Notes: generated from the letters alone by a model not told the origin. A stretch of 64,000 nucleotides of DNA from Candidatus Zixiibacteriota bacterium (GCA_040756055.1 JBFLZR010000009.1:4620-68619), one strand, 5' to 3'; counted from the first letter of the stretch, positions 48,072 through 58,609 are shown. Numbers and translations are program-made.

Positions 48072-49988
48072 TCACAGCAAAGGTATTGAGATTCTTACCA
48101 GGGTCCCTTCCCCTTCGGTCGATGTTATGTGTAAATCACCTTTAAGAGATTCAACAAGCTTTCTGGTCAGCGATAGTCCCAGGCCGAGCCCCGGGATGCT
48201 CTGGACTTTCTTATCCGGCACACGGTAAAAGAAATCGCAGAGTCTGGGAATGTATTTGGACGCTATTCCCATACCGTTGTCGGCTACGTCGATAGTACAT
48301 CGTTCTGCCGACACCTCGGCTTTTATCCTGATGGTTGTCTTGCCTTTGTCGCCGAAAACGACGCTGTTGGCCATGACATTGTAAAGAGCGGCGCCAAGCA
48401 GGCGCTGATGTGTTTTTATCTTGGGTAAGTTTTTATATGTACAGTCGACAGCGGCGCCGGGATACGCGTTAAATATCTTTTGGATTTGCTGATTGACGAG
48501 AAGGTTCAAATCGACGACCTGAGCCGCGTCGTGAATCTTGATCTGGCGCACAAATCCGGACAAGCGCCGGACGACATCGAGAAGGTTACCCATAGCAGCG
48601 TCTATTTTCTCAATGCAACTGTTGCCTTTTTCGCCGAGTTCGTTATAGAACTCGTGGCAGACCTGATCGGCTGTGTATGACACGGTCTTCAGCGATTTGC
48701 TCAGATTGGTCAGCACCGCCTGCCACATCTTCCAGTCGGGGGCGCCGGACAACATACTGTCGTTGGCGGCCAGGCCGGGGATGAAAACAAGGCAACTGCT
48801 CAGATCATCCGGGCTGTCGCCGAGCTTCATGACAATCAGCCGAGCATAATCGCCGGGTGATGTCTTGATCTCCACTGCCAGGTCGGCGTAATGGTCTTGC
48901 TGATCGTCGGGGGTCGCGATGTGGTCGACTATCTGTTTTTCAATGTCGGGGGCGTTGTATTCCATTAGCGGTTTAAGAGCGTCGCGGTAATGGCTTTCGA
49001 GTTGTGTTTCATTGAATATGGTCAACGCCGAGGGGTTATAACCGATGACCGCGCCTTCGTGATCAGTAAGCAGAGCCGCTATGCCGAGCGAATCCAGAAA
49101 GCCAATCGTAAACTTGATATCGCGCAGAGGGTCAGAAGCTGCCGTAGTTTCGCCGGTGGTCCTCACCATCCTGGCCACTACTGGTAGCGCACATTTGACA
49201 GCGGCTATGGCGCTTCCCGCCTGACGGTGATCAAAGTCCTCGGGGAAAATCAGGCGAACCAGGTATTGAGAGCCATCGGGCGTCTCGACACGGCTGATAT
49301 ACTCATCGGGAGCCGAACCATACCTCTCAATCACCGCCTGGACTGCATCCTGATCGATAAAGGAGTAATCGTTACCCGTTTGAGCGATGTCGAGGTGTAA
49401 ATCGCCGGGATCGCCAACGGCGTTAAACACGTGTTCTCCGGCATCCTCGCCGCTTACGGCCGAGCGGGGCTGAAGACTTTCACCGGTGATCATATATACG
49501 CATGCCTGACGGGCCCTCACCGAATGGCAAACAGCCTGAAGCAACTGTCTCCATTCCGGCTTGCCGTCGATAGAAGCCAGGTTTTCCAGAATTGTCTTGT
49601 AGTGAGAAGTCATTTCGGACGGACTTTGACTTTCGACCAGGTCCGTCTGGTCGATTATAAGCTGGTAATTTACGGGATTCCCGGCGATGAAGTTCAGCGA
49701 CACCACGGCCCGTGCCGCGACCGGAGTGCGCTGCTGGTCGAGCAACGTTATTGTAGTGGAGTCATAAAAGGTTTCGTAGTGATTGCGATGCGACAGAAGC
49801 TGCTCTATTAACTTCTGTGATGGTTCATCGATGAAATCAAGCAGGGATTTCCCGAAAAGATCTTCCTTGGTATAGCCGAGCAGATCCTCGACTTTTTCAT
49901 CAACGTATACGAATCGTCCCTTGAGATCGATTTTACAAACGGCGCATCGTGTCAGGCCGATGCCGCTGGAGGACTGCTGAATGGTCAT
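48072..49988 (-). CDS. Soluble PAS/PAS histidine-kinase-like protein with degenerate H-box
   Basis: N-terminal PAS; HATPase NVMANS, DNGMGI, FFYRV and GLGLGL; expected SHDL position reads LTNL. Confidence 0.8.
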   Translation of the reverse strand: MTIQQSSSGIGLTRCAVCKIDLKGRFVYVDEKVEDLLGYTKEDLFGKSLLDFIDEPSQKLIEQLLSHRNHYETFYDSTTITLLDQQRTPVAARAVVSLNFIAGNPVNYQLIIDQTDLVESQSPSEMTSHYKTILENLASIDGKPEWRQLLQAVCHSVRARQACVYMITGESLQPRSAVSGEDAGEHVFNAVGDPGDLHLDIAQTGNDYSFIDQDAVQAVIERYGSAPDEYISRVETPDGSQYLVRLIFPEDFDHRQAGSAIAAVKCALPVVARMVRTTGETTAASDPLRDIKFTIGFLDSLGIAALLTDHEGAVIGYNPSALTIFNETQLESHYRDALKPLMEYNAPDIEKQIVDHIATPDDQQDHYADLAVEIKTSPGDYARLIVMKLGDSPDDLSSCLVFIPGLAANDSMLSGAPDWKMWQAVLTNLSKSLKTVSYTADQVCHEFYNELGEKGNSCIEKIDAAMGNLLDVVRRLSGFVRQIKIHDAAQVVDLNLLVNQQIQKIFNAYPGAAVDCTYKNLPKIKTHQRLLGAALYNVMANSVVFGDKGKTTIRIKAEVSAERCTIDVADNGMGIASKYIPRLCDFFYRVPDKKVQSIPGLGLGLSLTRKLVESLKGDLHITSTEGEGTLVRISIPLL

Positions 49989-49999
49989 GTTATTTTTGT

Positions 50000-52048
50000 T
50001 TAGTTCGCCTTCAACAACTTAACACGGTATGTTTGCCGGTCTGTGTTGATCACCACGATGTAGACGCCGGCTGCCACAACCTTACCACTTTGATTGCGGC
50101 CATCCCAATGTTCTACCAATACACTTAGTGCATCGGCATTTACGGAGAAATTATTGACTTTTTCCCACACTTTTTCTCCGGAACTGTTGAAAAACGAAAT
50201 AGACTGGATATTACCCGCTTCGGGCCCGACAAAGATGGAGACTTGATCGATAAAGGGATTTGGCCCGGCTGTTACCGGGTCAGTAAAGGTGCCGTACACT
50301 TGAATAGTGAAGAATGACGTATCAGAGAAATCCAAAAGTGAGGCAATCAGGCCGATCTCGACCGAGGGAACATCTGCCAGTTCGCCGCTGACCTCAAGTG
50401 AGCCGGTACCATCGCCGTTATCGGTCAGAATTACCCAGCCCGGCAGATTTATTCCCGTAAAGGACGGGACATCATCAGTCCAACCGCTGCTGGTAAAATC
50501 GAAGGTCTGAGTTTGGTCGCGCCCGACCTCAATGATATCGGGTAAGCTGAAATCAACAAACAGGTTAGCTGTTCGGGCGGCATTGAATAGGCCATAACCG
50601 AAATCGTTATCGGGAATAGCGCTCTTACTGCCTGTCAGTTTAATGCGTTCCACCAACTCCGCTGCAGTTAGCGTTGGATCGCGCTGCAGTGCCAGCGCTG
50701 CTCCGCCAGCGGTGAGGGGTGCGGAGAACGAAGTACCGTTGACCAGGGTAAAACCGCCGACGTGGCTGGCCGCAACAACACTCACACCGAGTGCTGTTAT
50801 ATCGGGTTTAATGCGCCCATCGGCCGTCGGGCCGGGCGATGAAAAGGAAGCCAGAGTTGAATCGGGATTCGCGGCTCCCACAGCCAGCACCGAGTCGCCA
50901 TCGGCGGGAGCGATTATGTGTCCCCAGGTGTTATTGCGTTCGTTCCCGGCAGAGTTGACGACCAGGATGTTTTTCGAGGCAGCTATATCGGCCGCGATTG
51001 TAATCAATGTCGTATTGCCGTCGAGATCCTCAAAAGTATAGCTGCCGCTGTCTTGAAACTCGTTATAACCCAAGGAAGAGTTGATGATGTCGACGCCGAT
51101 CGAGTCGGCCCATTCGGCAGCCGCAATCCAATTGTATTCTTCCATTTTCACTTCGGTGCCGTTACAGGTGATTTCGGTTTTGGCCAGAACGAAATCAGCA
51201 TCGTGCGCCACACCGATGAGAGTCCCCGGGGTATAGCCACCGACAACAGACAGAGTAGCCGTACCGTGAAAAGTCTGGTCGGTGGAAAACGAAGACGGGC
51301 ACTCCGGTTCATCGACAGCGACATCATCATTGATAAAGTCGTAGGTGGCAATTATGCTCGTCGAGTCAAACGCTTCGTGAGAGGGGTCAAAACCTCCGTC
51401 AAAGAAGGCAATAGTAACTCCTTCTCCGGTAAGTCCGGCCTGGTGCAGCTTCAGGGCGTTGATAAATTCGGTCTGGAAGAGCGATGGGCCGTAGTCGAAA
51501 TCGATTGCCTCAAGTGATCGAGCCACCGGTTTGGCTGAGGCAACTTCATCTCCGATATCAGTTACAAGGGTTCTGACCGGATCCACTTGTCGGACGAACG
51601 GCAACGAGGCCGCTTTCGCCAGCCGATTGGCATCCGTCTCAATTGCCACAGCCTTGAGCCAGCGGGATACGCGCTTTACTGACACCCCGGTGCTTTGTAT
51701 CTGCTGTATGACCGATTGACGGACCGGATAATCCCGCCGGTCGATCAGTAAATTAACCGGGTCAACTTTTGCCCTTCGCTTACGGGCTCGCTCAGTAAGC
51801 GTCACGGGAGACGACTCGACAGCCGAAGAATCAAGATAAAGCCAGAACTGGTTTTCGCTCTGACTGCTCATCGCATTCACCAATGACTGAGCGCGCTCGG
51901 TATATTTGCCCGACGGCTCCTGAGCGAGAACCGGCACCGATAAAGCAGCCGACAGCAGGGCAGAAACCAAGCCGACTTTTACAATATGTCCGACGCAATG
52001 TGATCTGTTCATAACAGGGCAACTACTTAGTGTAACGCTATTCGTCAA
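50000..52048 (-). CDS. Secreted S8 subtilisin-like serine protease with C-terminal FlgD-Ig/CTD-like domain
   Basis: Triad FFDGG, FHGT and NGTSFSAP; oxyanion NSAGN; C-terminal GPNPF...WDGRNQSGKVVAAGVY. Confidence 0.9.
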   Translation of the reverse strand: MTNSVTLSSCPVMNRSHCVGHIVKVGLVSALLSAALSVPVLAQEPSGKYTERAQSLVNAMSSQSENQFWLYLDSSAVESSPVTLTERARKRRAKVDPVNLLIDRRDYPVRQSVIQQIQSTGVSVKRVSRWLKAVAIETDANRLAKAASLPFVRQVDPVRTLVTDIGDEVASAKPVARSLEAIDFDYGPSLFQTEFINALKLHQAGLTGEGVTIAFFDGGFDPSHEAFDSTSIIATYDFINDDVAVDEPECPSSFSTDQTFHGTATLSVVGGYTPGTLIGVAHDADFVLAKTEITCNGTEVKMEEYNWIAAAEWADSIGVDIINSSLGYNEFQDSGSYTFEDLDGNTTLITIAADIAASKNILVVNSAGNERNNTWGHIIAPADGDSVLAVGAANPDSTLASFSSPGPTADGRIKPDITALGVSVVAASHVGGFTLVNGTSFSAPLTAGGAALALQRDPTLTAAELVERIKLTGSKSAIPDNDFGYGLFNAARTANLFVDFSLPDIIEVGRDQTQTFDFTSSGWTDDVPSFTGINLPGWVILTDNGDGTGSLEVSGELADVPSVEIGLIASLLDFSDTSFFTIQVYGTFTDPVTAGPNPFIDQVSIFVGPEAGNIQSISFFNSSGEKVWEKVNNFSVNADALSVLVEHWDGRNQSGKVVAAGVYIVVINTDRQTYRVKLLKAN

Positions 52049-52104
52049 TCGTTATTACAAGAAACGTGGGAATGGTAACATTTGTTCGAACAATCGAGGT
52101 CCGC

Positions 52105-52830
52105 CTACAGGACTTTGGCGAGAAAATCTTTTGTTCTCTGGTTCTTGGGTTTCACGAAGAATTCCTGAGGGGTTCCCTCTTCTATTATCCGACCGTCATC
52201 CATAAAAATTATGCGGTCGGCTACCTCTCTGGCGAAGCCGATCTCGTGGGTAACGACGAGCATGGTCATACCTTCTTTGGCCAGTTGTTTCATAACCTCG
52301 AGCACCTCGCCTATCATCTCGGGGTCCAGAGCGGATGTTACCTCATCGAAAAGCATAATCTTGGGATTCATCGCCAGGGCGCGTGCGATGGCCACCCTCT
52401 GTTTCTGTCCGCCGGACAACTGCCCCGGATACGCGTCCACCTTCTCTCTCAATCCGACCTTGCCGAGCAGTTCCGCCGATACTCTGACGGCCTCATCCTT
52501 TGACCGTTTACGGACCACACGCTGCGCCAGGCAGACGTTGTCAAGTACGGAAAGATGGGGAAACAGGTTGAAGTGCTGGAAAACCATACCAACCTCGAGC
52601 CGGATCTGGTGCATCTGGTGGTGATTTTTGTCAATCAGGAAGCCATCGACATTGATATCGCCCGTTTGAATCTCTTCCAGACCGTTCAGGCAGCGCAGCA
52701 GGGTTGATTTGCCCGAACCTGATGGTCCGAGGATAACGACCACCTCGCCCGGTGAAACATTGAGACTGAGATTGTTCAGCGCGACAGTATCGCCAAATCG
52801 ACAGGTTACGTTTTTGACTTCAATGATCAT
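52105..52830 (-). CDS. Polar amino-acid ABC transporter ATPase (GlnQ-like)
   Basis: [34 protein letters not shown] and [11 protein letters not shown]. Confidence 0.93.
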   Translation of the reverse strand: MIIEVKNVTCRFGDTVALNNLSLNVSPGEVVVILGPSGSGKSTLLRCLNGLEEIQTGDINVDGFLIDKNHHQMHQIRLEVGMVFQHFNLFPHLSVLDNVCLAQRVVRKRSKDEAVRVSAELLGKVGLREKVDAYPGQLSGGQKQRVAIARALAMNPKIMLFDEVTSALDPEMIGEVLEVMKQLAKEGMTMLVVTHEIGFAREVADRIIFMDDGRIIEEGTPQEFFVKPKNQRTKDFLAKVL

Positions 52831-53506
52831 TACGACTCGCTCCGTAGCCATGGATGGCAAATTTCTTCTCGAGACGCTTGACGAGCCTTGTCAGCGTGAG
52901 TGTCATGATGAGATAAATGGCGCCTACCACCAGCCAGGTGTGGAAATCAAGAAAGTACTGGCTGGTGTATTCCCTACCGGCTCTGGTAAGTTCTCTCAGG
53001 CCAATAATGGAGACGAGCGATGAATCCTTCAAGCAGGCGATAAATTCGTTCGCGGCAGGGGCAACGACAATTCGAAACGACTGGGGCAGGATAATGTGCC
53101 GCAGAGTCTGCCATCGCGTCATCCCCAGCGACATGGCGGCTTCGTGCTGCCCGTAATCGATAGCTTCGATACCGGAGCGGAATATTTCGGCCATGTAAGC
53201 GCCGTAGCATACGCCGACCGCCAGAACGCCGGCAACGAATCTATCCATGTTCACGACCTTGCCCAGCCCAAAATAGAAAAAGAAGATGAGAACCAGCAGG
53301 GGCACACCGCGAAGCACGTTTATATAGGTTCCCGCCAGAGTTCGTATAGTACGGTTGCGGGAGATACGGGCAACTCCGAAGACGAGCCCTAAAATCATGG
53401 CAAGTACATAGGCCAATACCGAGATCAGTATGGTCCAGTGTACGACCTGAATTAGATAGAAGAAAATCTTTGACAGAATACCGAGTTGTTCGACAAGCCA
53501 CGTCAT
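52820..53506 (-). CDS. Polar amino-acid ABC transporter permease
   Basis: [28 protein letters not shown] and [10 protein letters not shown]. Confidence 0.93.
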   Translation of the reverse strand: MTWLVEQLGILSKIFFYLIQVVHWTILISVLAYVLAMILGLVFGVARISRNRTIRTLAGTYINVLRGVPLLVLIFFFYFGLGKVVNMDRFVAGVLAVGVCYGAYMAEIFRSGIEAIDYGQHEAAMSLGMTRWQTLRHIILPQSFRIVVAPAANEFIACLKDSSLVSIIGLRELTRAGREYTSQYFLDFHTWLVVGAIYLIMTLTLTRLVKRLEKKFAIHGYGASRNDH

Positions 53507-53560
53507 GCTGGACTTTACATAGAAGATGAGCCGGCGTCGCCGGGATCCCCTGTCTTCCTC

Positions 53561-56398
53561 TTATTTTTTCTTTTTCAGGAGATTATCGAGGACGTTCTGA
53601 GCTTCGCCTTTCAAATTGTCCTGAAGATTTTTCCCGAGCGCGGAGTAATCAATGGCCACCGCCGGCTTGTCGAGCGTGCCTCCGAAGCCAATCGGAAGTT
53701 TGATTCTATCAACACTCTTGTCGGAAAGCAAGCCGGCTACGTTTCCAAGTAGTCCGCCCGACGAGACCAGCTTTTGTGACCATTCTTTCGACAGCAGAAT
53801 GGTGCCGGTGTAGTCTATATCTCCGTCAAATGAGTAGTAGCCATCCAGCTCAACCTCACCCATGCTTCCCAGCTGCGTTTTGAGCTTATCCACGCCAACC
53901 TTGCCATCCTTGACGATGACTTTGGTTGCCAGACTGCGCAGGGGTTGTTCCTTATCAAACGACTGCCCGGCCTTCGAAGCAAGGCTGTTTATGGCGGAGT
54001 AGACTTCACCCGAGGTGATCACTTTCCCCTGCTGCATGGAAGTATTGGAATTCATGGTGAGGGAATTCAGGAAATCCTCCGGCTCCCACCCTTCGGCGGC
54101 GTACTGACCATCGAGATTGATCTTGCCATAGAGAAAGCCGCCGAATTTGGTAAAGCGACTGACGAAATCATTGGCTTCAACATTGGTCGCCTGAAACTCG
54201 CCGGTATAACGCGGATTTTCAAAATCATTGAGGTCGATAGTCGTATTCCCCGCTACATCGCCGCTATAAACTTTACCGGTGGCATCATAGCACTCTATCT
54301 TGCGATCATAGATTTTTATTTTGCCCTGGAGCGACGTAAACTCCACCCGGCTGTAAATCAAGGTGTCAACCTCGAAAGTCCCCTGACCATCGATATCGGG
54401 CAGAATAATTGTCGACACTGAGTCCATTGAAGCCGTCGCCATGGTCTCACCGGATCCCGGAACGGCCTCAGGAAAGAGTTTGTCGGCGTCGAAGCGATGT
54501 GAGGTCAACTTGAACAAAAACAGCGGCTTGGTTACGTTACTGCGGTCGATAGTTTTCAGAGGCAACAGGTAAGGAAACGGGTTGATGAGCTTGCCCGAAA
54601 ATGAGGCGTCACTTGAAACAAACTGCGCCGTCATATTAACCACTGTTATTGTGTCGGGGGCAACTTTAAGATCGGCCTCGAAATGCCTGAGCGGTTCCGG
54701 AAGCAGCGAATCGGAATAGGATGCGTTTTTGATAGTTACAGTGCCGGAAGGCTGAAGTTTTTCGTAGTCAGCCAGGACACCGGCCAGTTTGAGGTTCAAG
54801 GCCAGATCCCCCTCCAGGTGGGGATTGCCTTTGGGGGGCAACAGCGAGTTAACGACATCGAGATTCAACCGGCCATCGAGAACTCCGTCTATAGTCGGGG
54901 TAATACCGGGGCGGGCCGTTGAGTCGGCCATCAAATACGGCACCAGTTTGTTGAGTCGTCCGGTAAAGCCCAGGCTTCCGGAACTCGTGCGAGCATCGAG
55001 TTTCTTGACGCTTGTCAGTTCCCGGTCAAAGTAGACATCGAGATTGAATGATTCGATCGGCTCGAGCATGAAACTCGAATTGTATTTTCCATCAACGACT
55101 TTCAGGTCGCCGGAGAAATTCATTTGGGTAAAGTCATTGGTCTTGCCTGACAGCTTGATATTGAACTCAGCGGCTCCGGCGATTTCGTGAGCGTCCTCCG
55201 CCGGAAGAAAAGGCTGCAAATATACGAGGTTGAAATTACCCGCGAGTTCCCCGTTAACAACCGGATCCTCAAAATTCTCAACGACCAGGTGGCCTTTCAG
55301 CGGTTTATCATCGAAATAGCCATCTTCGATGGTAAAGCGAAGGTTGTCATTTTTGAAGTCTATCAGCGCTTTGCTGAAGCGGAATTTGCCGGGGACCTCG
55401 CTATGGGACAGATTCATGGAGGTTATGATCGCGGTTCCGAAGTAAGTCAGCGTATCGGTATTTGCCGTATCGTATTCAACATCAAGATCGAGTGAGAAGT
55501 CGCCATCGACCTTGATATCTTTCGTCATTTCGAGTTGTTTCTCGGGCAGAAGGTTCAGCAGGTCGGCGACTTTGATTTTTTGAGATTTCAGGTTGACCTT
55601 GCTCTTAAGATCGCCCGCAGGATCCGACGCCGTGCCCTCGAGAGTAAACTTGAGAGCATTCAGCTCAAGTCCCGTCTCATCGAAGGTGAGCTGCTTCTGG
55701 TCAAGGTCGTAGGCGGCGTGGTAGTCCAGCTTGACGCTCAGTACGGGTAGTGGTTTCTCACCCGCTACCAGAAGCGAATCTATGGCAATAACGCCTGAAG
55801 ATTCATAGTAATTTTTTCTGGGTGCTTTTAGCGATGTTGAAAGATCGAGACCTCTGAGGTCGAAGGAACTGGCAGAGCTGTCATCGACATAGCTCAGGTA
55901 TCCCTCGTTGATTTCCAGTCTGTCGAACGTGACAGCCGCCGCGGCAGCCTTGGTTTCCGGCGTAGCCTTTTGAACCAGTTCGGGTGGCGCTTTTTTCTCC
56001 AGGCTTTCGAACGTATAATTATTGGAACCATCGGCTTCCTTGCGCATCGAAATCCGGGGGCGATTTACAACCAATTTGTCAATCCTGAAATCTCCGGAAA
56101 ATAGCGGCAGGATTCTCAGTTTAACATCCACATTGTCTGCCGTGAGAAACGAGCCATCTTCCATGTCCGGCGGATTGCTGATCGCCACATTGCCGAGCTT
56201 GACGCCGATACCGCCCCAGAATGACACCTGAGCATCGTCTATGGTAATATTGCGCCCGAGCTGCGCGCTGCCTTTTTCAATCGCGAATTCTTTCGCCTTT
56301 TCTATGGGGAAAAACAGCCATAAACCAACGATGGCCAGCAGGAGTAAAATGATAACAACGCCGGCGATCCAGCCCAGTATTCTCGTGAGTCTTTTCAT
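53561..56398 (-). CDS. AsmA-family protein
   Basis: N-terminal TM anchor, LGRNITI...DNVDVKLRILPL...IDKLVVNRPRI; long beta-taco-like body; C-terminal GGTLDKP. Confidence 0.85.
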   Translation of the reverse strand: MKRLTRILGWIAGVVIILLLLAIVGLWLFFPIEKAKEFAIEKGSAQLGRNITIDDAQVSFWGGIGVKLGNVAISNPPDMEDGSFLTADNVDVKLRILPLFSGDFRIDKLVVNRPRISMRKEADGSNNYTFESLEKKAPPELVQKATPETKAAAAAVTFDRLEINEGYLSYVDDSSASSFDLRGLDLSTSLKAPRKNYYESSGVIAIDSLLVAGEKPLPVLSVKLDYHAAYDLDQKQLTFDETGLELNALKFTLEGTASDPAGDLKSKVNLKSQKIKVADLLNLLPEKQLEMTKDIKVDGDFSLDLDVEYDTANTDTLTYFGTAIITSMNLSHSEVPGKFRFSKALIDFKNDNLRFTIEDGYFDDKPLKGHLVVENFEDPVVNGELAGNFNLVYLQPFLPAEDAHEIAGAAEFNIKLSGKTNDFTQMNFSGDLKVVDGKYNSSFMLEPIESFNLDVYFDRELTSVKKLDARTSSGSLGFTGRLNKLVPYLMADSTARPGITPTIDGVLDGRLNLDVVNSLLPPKGNPHLEGDLALNLKLAGVLADYEKLQPSGTVTIKNASYSDSLLPEPLRHFEADLKVAPDTITVVNMTAQFVSSDASFSGKLINPFPYLLPLKTIDRSNVTKPLFLFKLTSHRFDADKLFPEAVPGSGETMATASMDSVSTIILPDIDGQGTFEVDTLIYSRVEFTSLQGKIKIYDRKIECYDATGKVYSGDVAGNTTIDLNDFENPRYTGEFQATNVEANDFVSRFTKFGGFLYGKINLDGQYAAEGWEPEDFLNSLTMNSNTSMQQGKVITSGEVYSAINSLASKAGQSFDKEQPLRSLATKVIVKDGKVGVDKLKTQLGSMGEVELDGYYSFDGDIDYTGTILLSKEWSQKLVSSGGLLGNVAGLLSDKSVDRIKLPIGFGGTLDKPAVAIDYSALGKNLQDNLKGEAQNVLDNLLKKKK

Positions 56399-56522
56399 AT
56401 TCCTTTATATTCCTTCCGCTTACAACAGGCCCAAAATTCTAATAAGAAATCGGTCCGCTGGCAATTAAAATCGAAAGGGGGCTTTGGCCCCCTCTGGTCG
56501 TGTCTCAAGTCTACACGGGAAT

Positions 56523-57200
56523 CTATAGCGTCAGAGCATCACCCGGTTTCAAAATGACAACTTCCGCGCCCGATACTTTGTCGGCGAAGCGCTTGGGGTC
56601 CTCGGCGATAATATCCCAAGTATTATAGTGTATTGGGACGACTTTACCGGGTTGAAGGAATTCCACCGCCTTCACGGCGTCATCAATCCCCATGGTGAAG
56701 TTGTCACCGATCGGCAGGAAGGCGAGGTCGATGCGGTTCATCTCACCTATCAACTTCATATCGTAGAACAGGCCTGTATCCCCGGGATGATAGATGGTGG
56801 CGCCGCCGATGGTGACAAGGAAACCGCAGGCAGGGCCGGTATAGCGGGAGGCGTCAGGACCATATCCTCCACCGTGGTGGGCGATGGTCAGTTTCACTCT
56901 TCCGAAGTCAAACTTGTGTGAACCGCCGATGTGCATCGGGTGAATCTGGGCTCCCTGGCTCGAACACAGGTTGGCCAGTTCGAAGTTGGCGATGATAGTA
57001 GCATTGTTGCGTTTGGCAATGGCGATGGCATCCCCGACATGGTCGCCGTGACCGTGCGTCAGCAGGACATAATTCACGTCAACGTCGGCCGCTTTTGTCG
57101 CGGCTTTTGGATTGTCACTTAGAAACGGATCGATAATGAGCTTATGCTTGCCCTCGGTGATGGTCACACATGAATGACCCAGAAATCGTACTTGAGGCAT
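56523..57200 (-). CDS. UPF0173-like metal-dependent hydrolase (MBL fold)
   Basis: FLGHS, IIDPFL, LTHGHGDH, YHPGDT, LPIGDNFTM and VPIHYNT. Confidence 0.9.
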   Translation of the reverse strand: MPQVRFLGHSCVTITEGKHKLIIDPFLSDNPKAATKAADVDVNYVLLTHGHGDHVGDAIAIAKRNNATIIANFELANLCSSQGAQIHPMHIGGSHKFDFGRVKLTIAHHGGGYGPDASRYTGPACGFLVTIGGATIYHPGDTGLFYDMKLIGEMNRIDLAFLPIGDNFTMGIDDAVKAVEFLQPGKVVPIHYNTWDIIAEDPKRFADKVSGAEVVILKPGDALTL

Positions 57201-57344
57201 ATCAAACTCCTTGACTATTTGTTAGCAGATCGATGGTTTAGTAATATTGGGGCTGAAATTAGGCAGGTCAACGATATTTTGGTCCGTATCGGCTCAAATC
57301 AGTTGTTGGCAGTCATGTCTAAGTTATTCGGCGACAACGAGGAG

Positions 57345-58361
57345 CTACTTATTGATTGTCCGAAAGAGGCAGGTCGGGAAGGAAGCGTTGAGGTCGCCGG
57401 TGTGCGCGTATACCGCACCGCGGCAAGCGCCGCGACAGACTTTAAAATAGGGGCATTCGCGGCAGTGACCATCGATAGTCTCACGGGGATAACGGGCTAT
57501 CTCGGTCATCTTGGGATCAGTCAGGATGTCAGCCAGACTTTTCTGTCGGACATTGCCTACGATGAACCGGTCAAAAAGCAGGCTGGTGCACGGGTAAACA
57601 TCGCCCTTGGATGATATGTAGAATGCCTCCGAACCGGCTTTGCATTTGTGGAAATCGTAGGCTGGAGGTAGCGGTCCAAAGGCAACATCGGGCAAGACGC
57701 GGGGATTATCCAAAACGACAAGTTTTTCCATCAGCAGAGCGAGGTCTTCGAGCCGGTCGCCGAAAGACATTTTCCGGCTGATCTCGTCATCCGTCCCCCC
57801 TCCGTGCGGCACGAAACAGCAATATCGGATTGTCTTCACGCCGAGTTCCCTTGCCATATCGACATAGTCAAGCACGTCATCCATGCTGGCGCGGGAGATT
57901 ATCATGGCCAGATAGACGGGAAGTCCGGCATCGAGACTTCTCTTGATGCCATCGATAACCATGTGAAATTCTTTGGCGCTGGCGAGCCTGATATTGTGGT
58001 TTCTTTCGGGGGTGGAGCCATCGAGGCTGATCTGCAGCGAGCTCAGATGCAGTTTCTTGAGGTTTTCGACACGCTTCGCGGTGAGTGGTATGCCATTAGT
58101 CGTTATTCCCGATTTTATGCCTTGATCATAGGCGTACGCGATCAGGTCTTCCAGGTCTTTTCTGATGAAGGGTTCGCCACCCGTCCAACCGATAGTCTCG
58201 ACTTCTATCTGACTCAGGTAGTCTATAATGTGTCGGCATTCGTCGGTCGTAAGTTCGCCGTCGGATACTTTCACCGCCGAACTATAACAGTGCGGACAGG
58301 AAAGGTTGCAGCGGTCAGTTATACCCCATCCGACAGAGCGATATTTTTGTACTTCTGCCAT
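57345..58361 (-). CDS. Radical SAM/SPASM protein (PqqE/NirJ-like scaffold, no N-terminal extension)
   Basis: CNLSCPHC, WTGGEP and ISLDG; SPASM CKAG...YPC...CRECPYFKVCRGAC...C (7 Cys). Confidence 0.93.
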   Translation of the reverse strand: MAEVQKYRSVGWGITDRCNLSCPHCYSSAVKVSDGELTTDECRHIIDYLSQIEVETIGWTGGEPFIRKDLEDLIAYAYDQGIKSGITTNGIPLTAKRVENLKKLHLSSLQISLDGSTPERNHNIRLASAKEFHMVIDGIKRSLDAGLPVYLAMIISRASMDDVLDYVDMARELGVKTIRYCCFVPHGGGTDDEISRKMSFGDRLEDLALLMEKLVVLDNPRVLPDVAFGPLPPAYDFHKCKAGSEAFYISSKGDVYPCTSLLFDRFIVGNVRQKSLADILTDPKMTEIARYPRETIDGHCRECPYFKVCRGACRGAVYAHTGDLNASFPTCLFRTINK

Positions 58362-58395
58362 GGTTTTCCATTCTCAATGATGCAGTACACACAGC

Positions 58396-58431
58396 GGTGA
58401 ATGCGGCAGGAGAAATCCCACCGCATTCACC
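58396..58431. terminator. Stem-loop after precursor peptide B
   Basis: GGTGAATGCGG / CCGCATTCACC perfect 11-bp stem. Confidence 0.7.
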
Positions 58432-58456
58432 TCAAACGGTCTCGGACATCCGATCT

Positions 58457-58609
58457 TTAGTCGTCCGGCGGAAGCATAATTCCAATGATCGGATAGATAA
58501 CCGGCTTGCAGAGCGTTGGACAATATGTCCCGCACAGCAAGGCACAATCCGTTGGGCAGTTGGGGCCGTTGGGGCCTTTACCGCTTGACGGTCCGATGAT
58601 GAATATCAT
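58457..58609 (-). CDS. Putative RiPP precursor peptide B, 50 aa, (CX3)4C
   Basis: Hand-translated MIFIIGPSSGKGPNGPNCPTDCALLCGTYCPTLCKPVIYPIIGIMLPPDD*; RBS GAGGAGG 7 nt upstream; lies between two rSAM/SPASM genes; absent from the ORF track (<60 aa). Confidence 0.85.
   Translation of the reverse strand: MIFIIGPSSGKGPNGPNCPTDCALLCGTYCPTLCKPVIYPIIGIMLPPDD

Noticed and set aside
50000-57200. S8 protease, ABC transporter and MBL hydrolase as RiPP processing or export genes
   Set aside because: The protease is a secreted CTD-tagged subtilase 5 kb away, the ABC is an amino-acid importer type, and the hydrolase is a widespread UPF0173 protein with its own intergenic gap. Linkage is unsupported without synteny data.
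58397-58588. 63-aa plus-strand ORF from the track
   Set aside because: Antisense shadow of precursor B, which has the RBS, orientation and paralog support.
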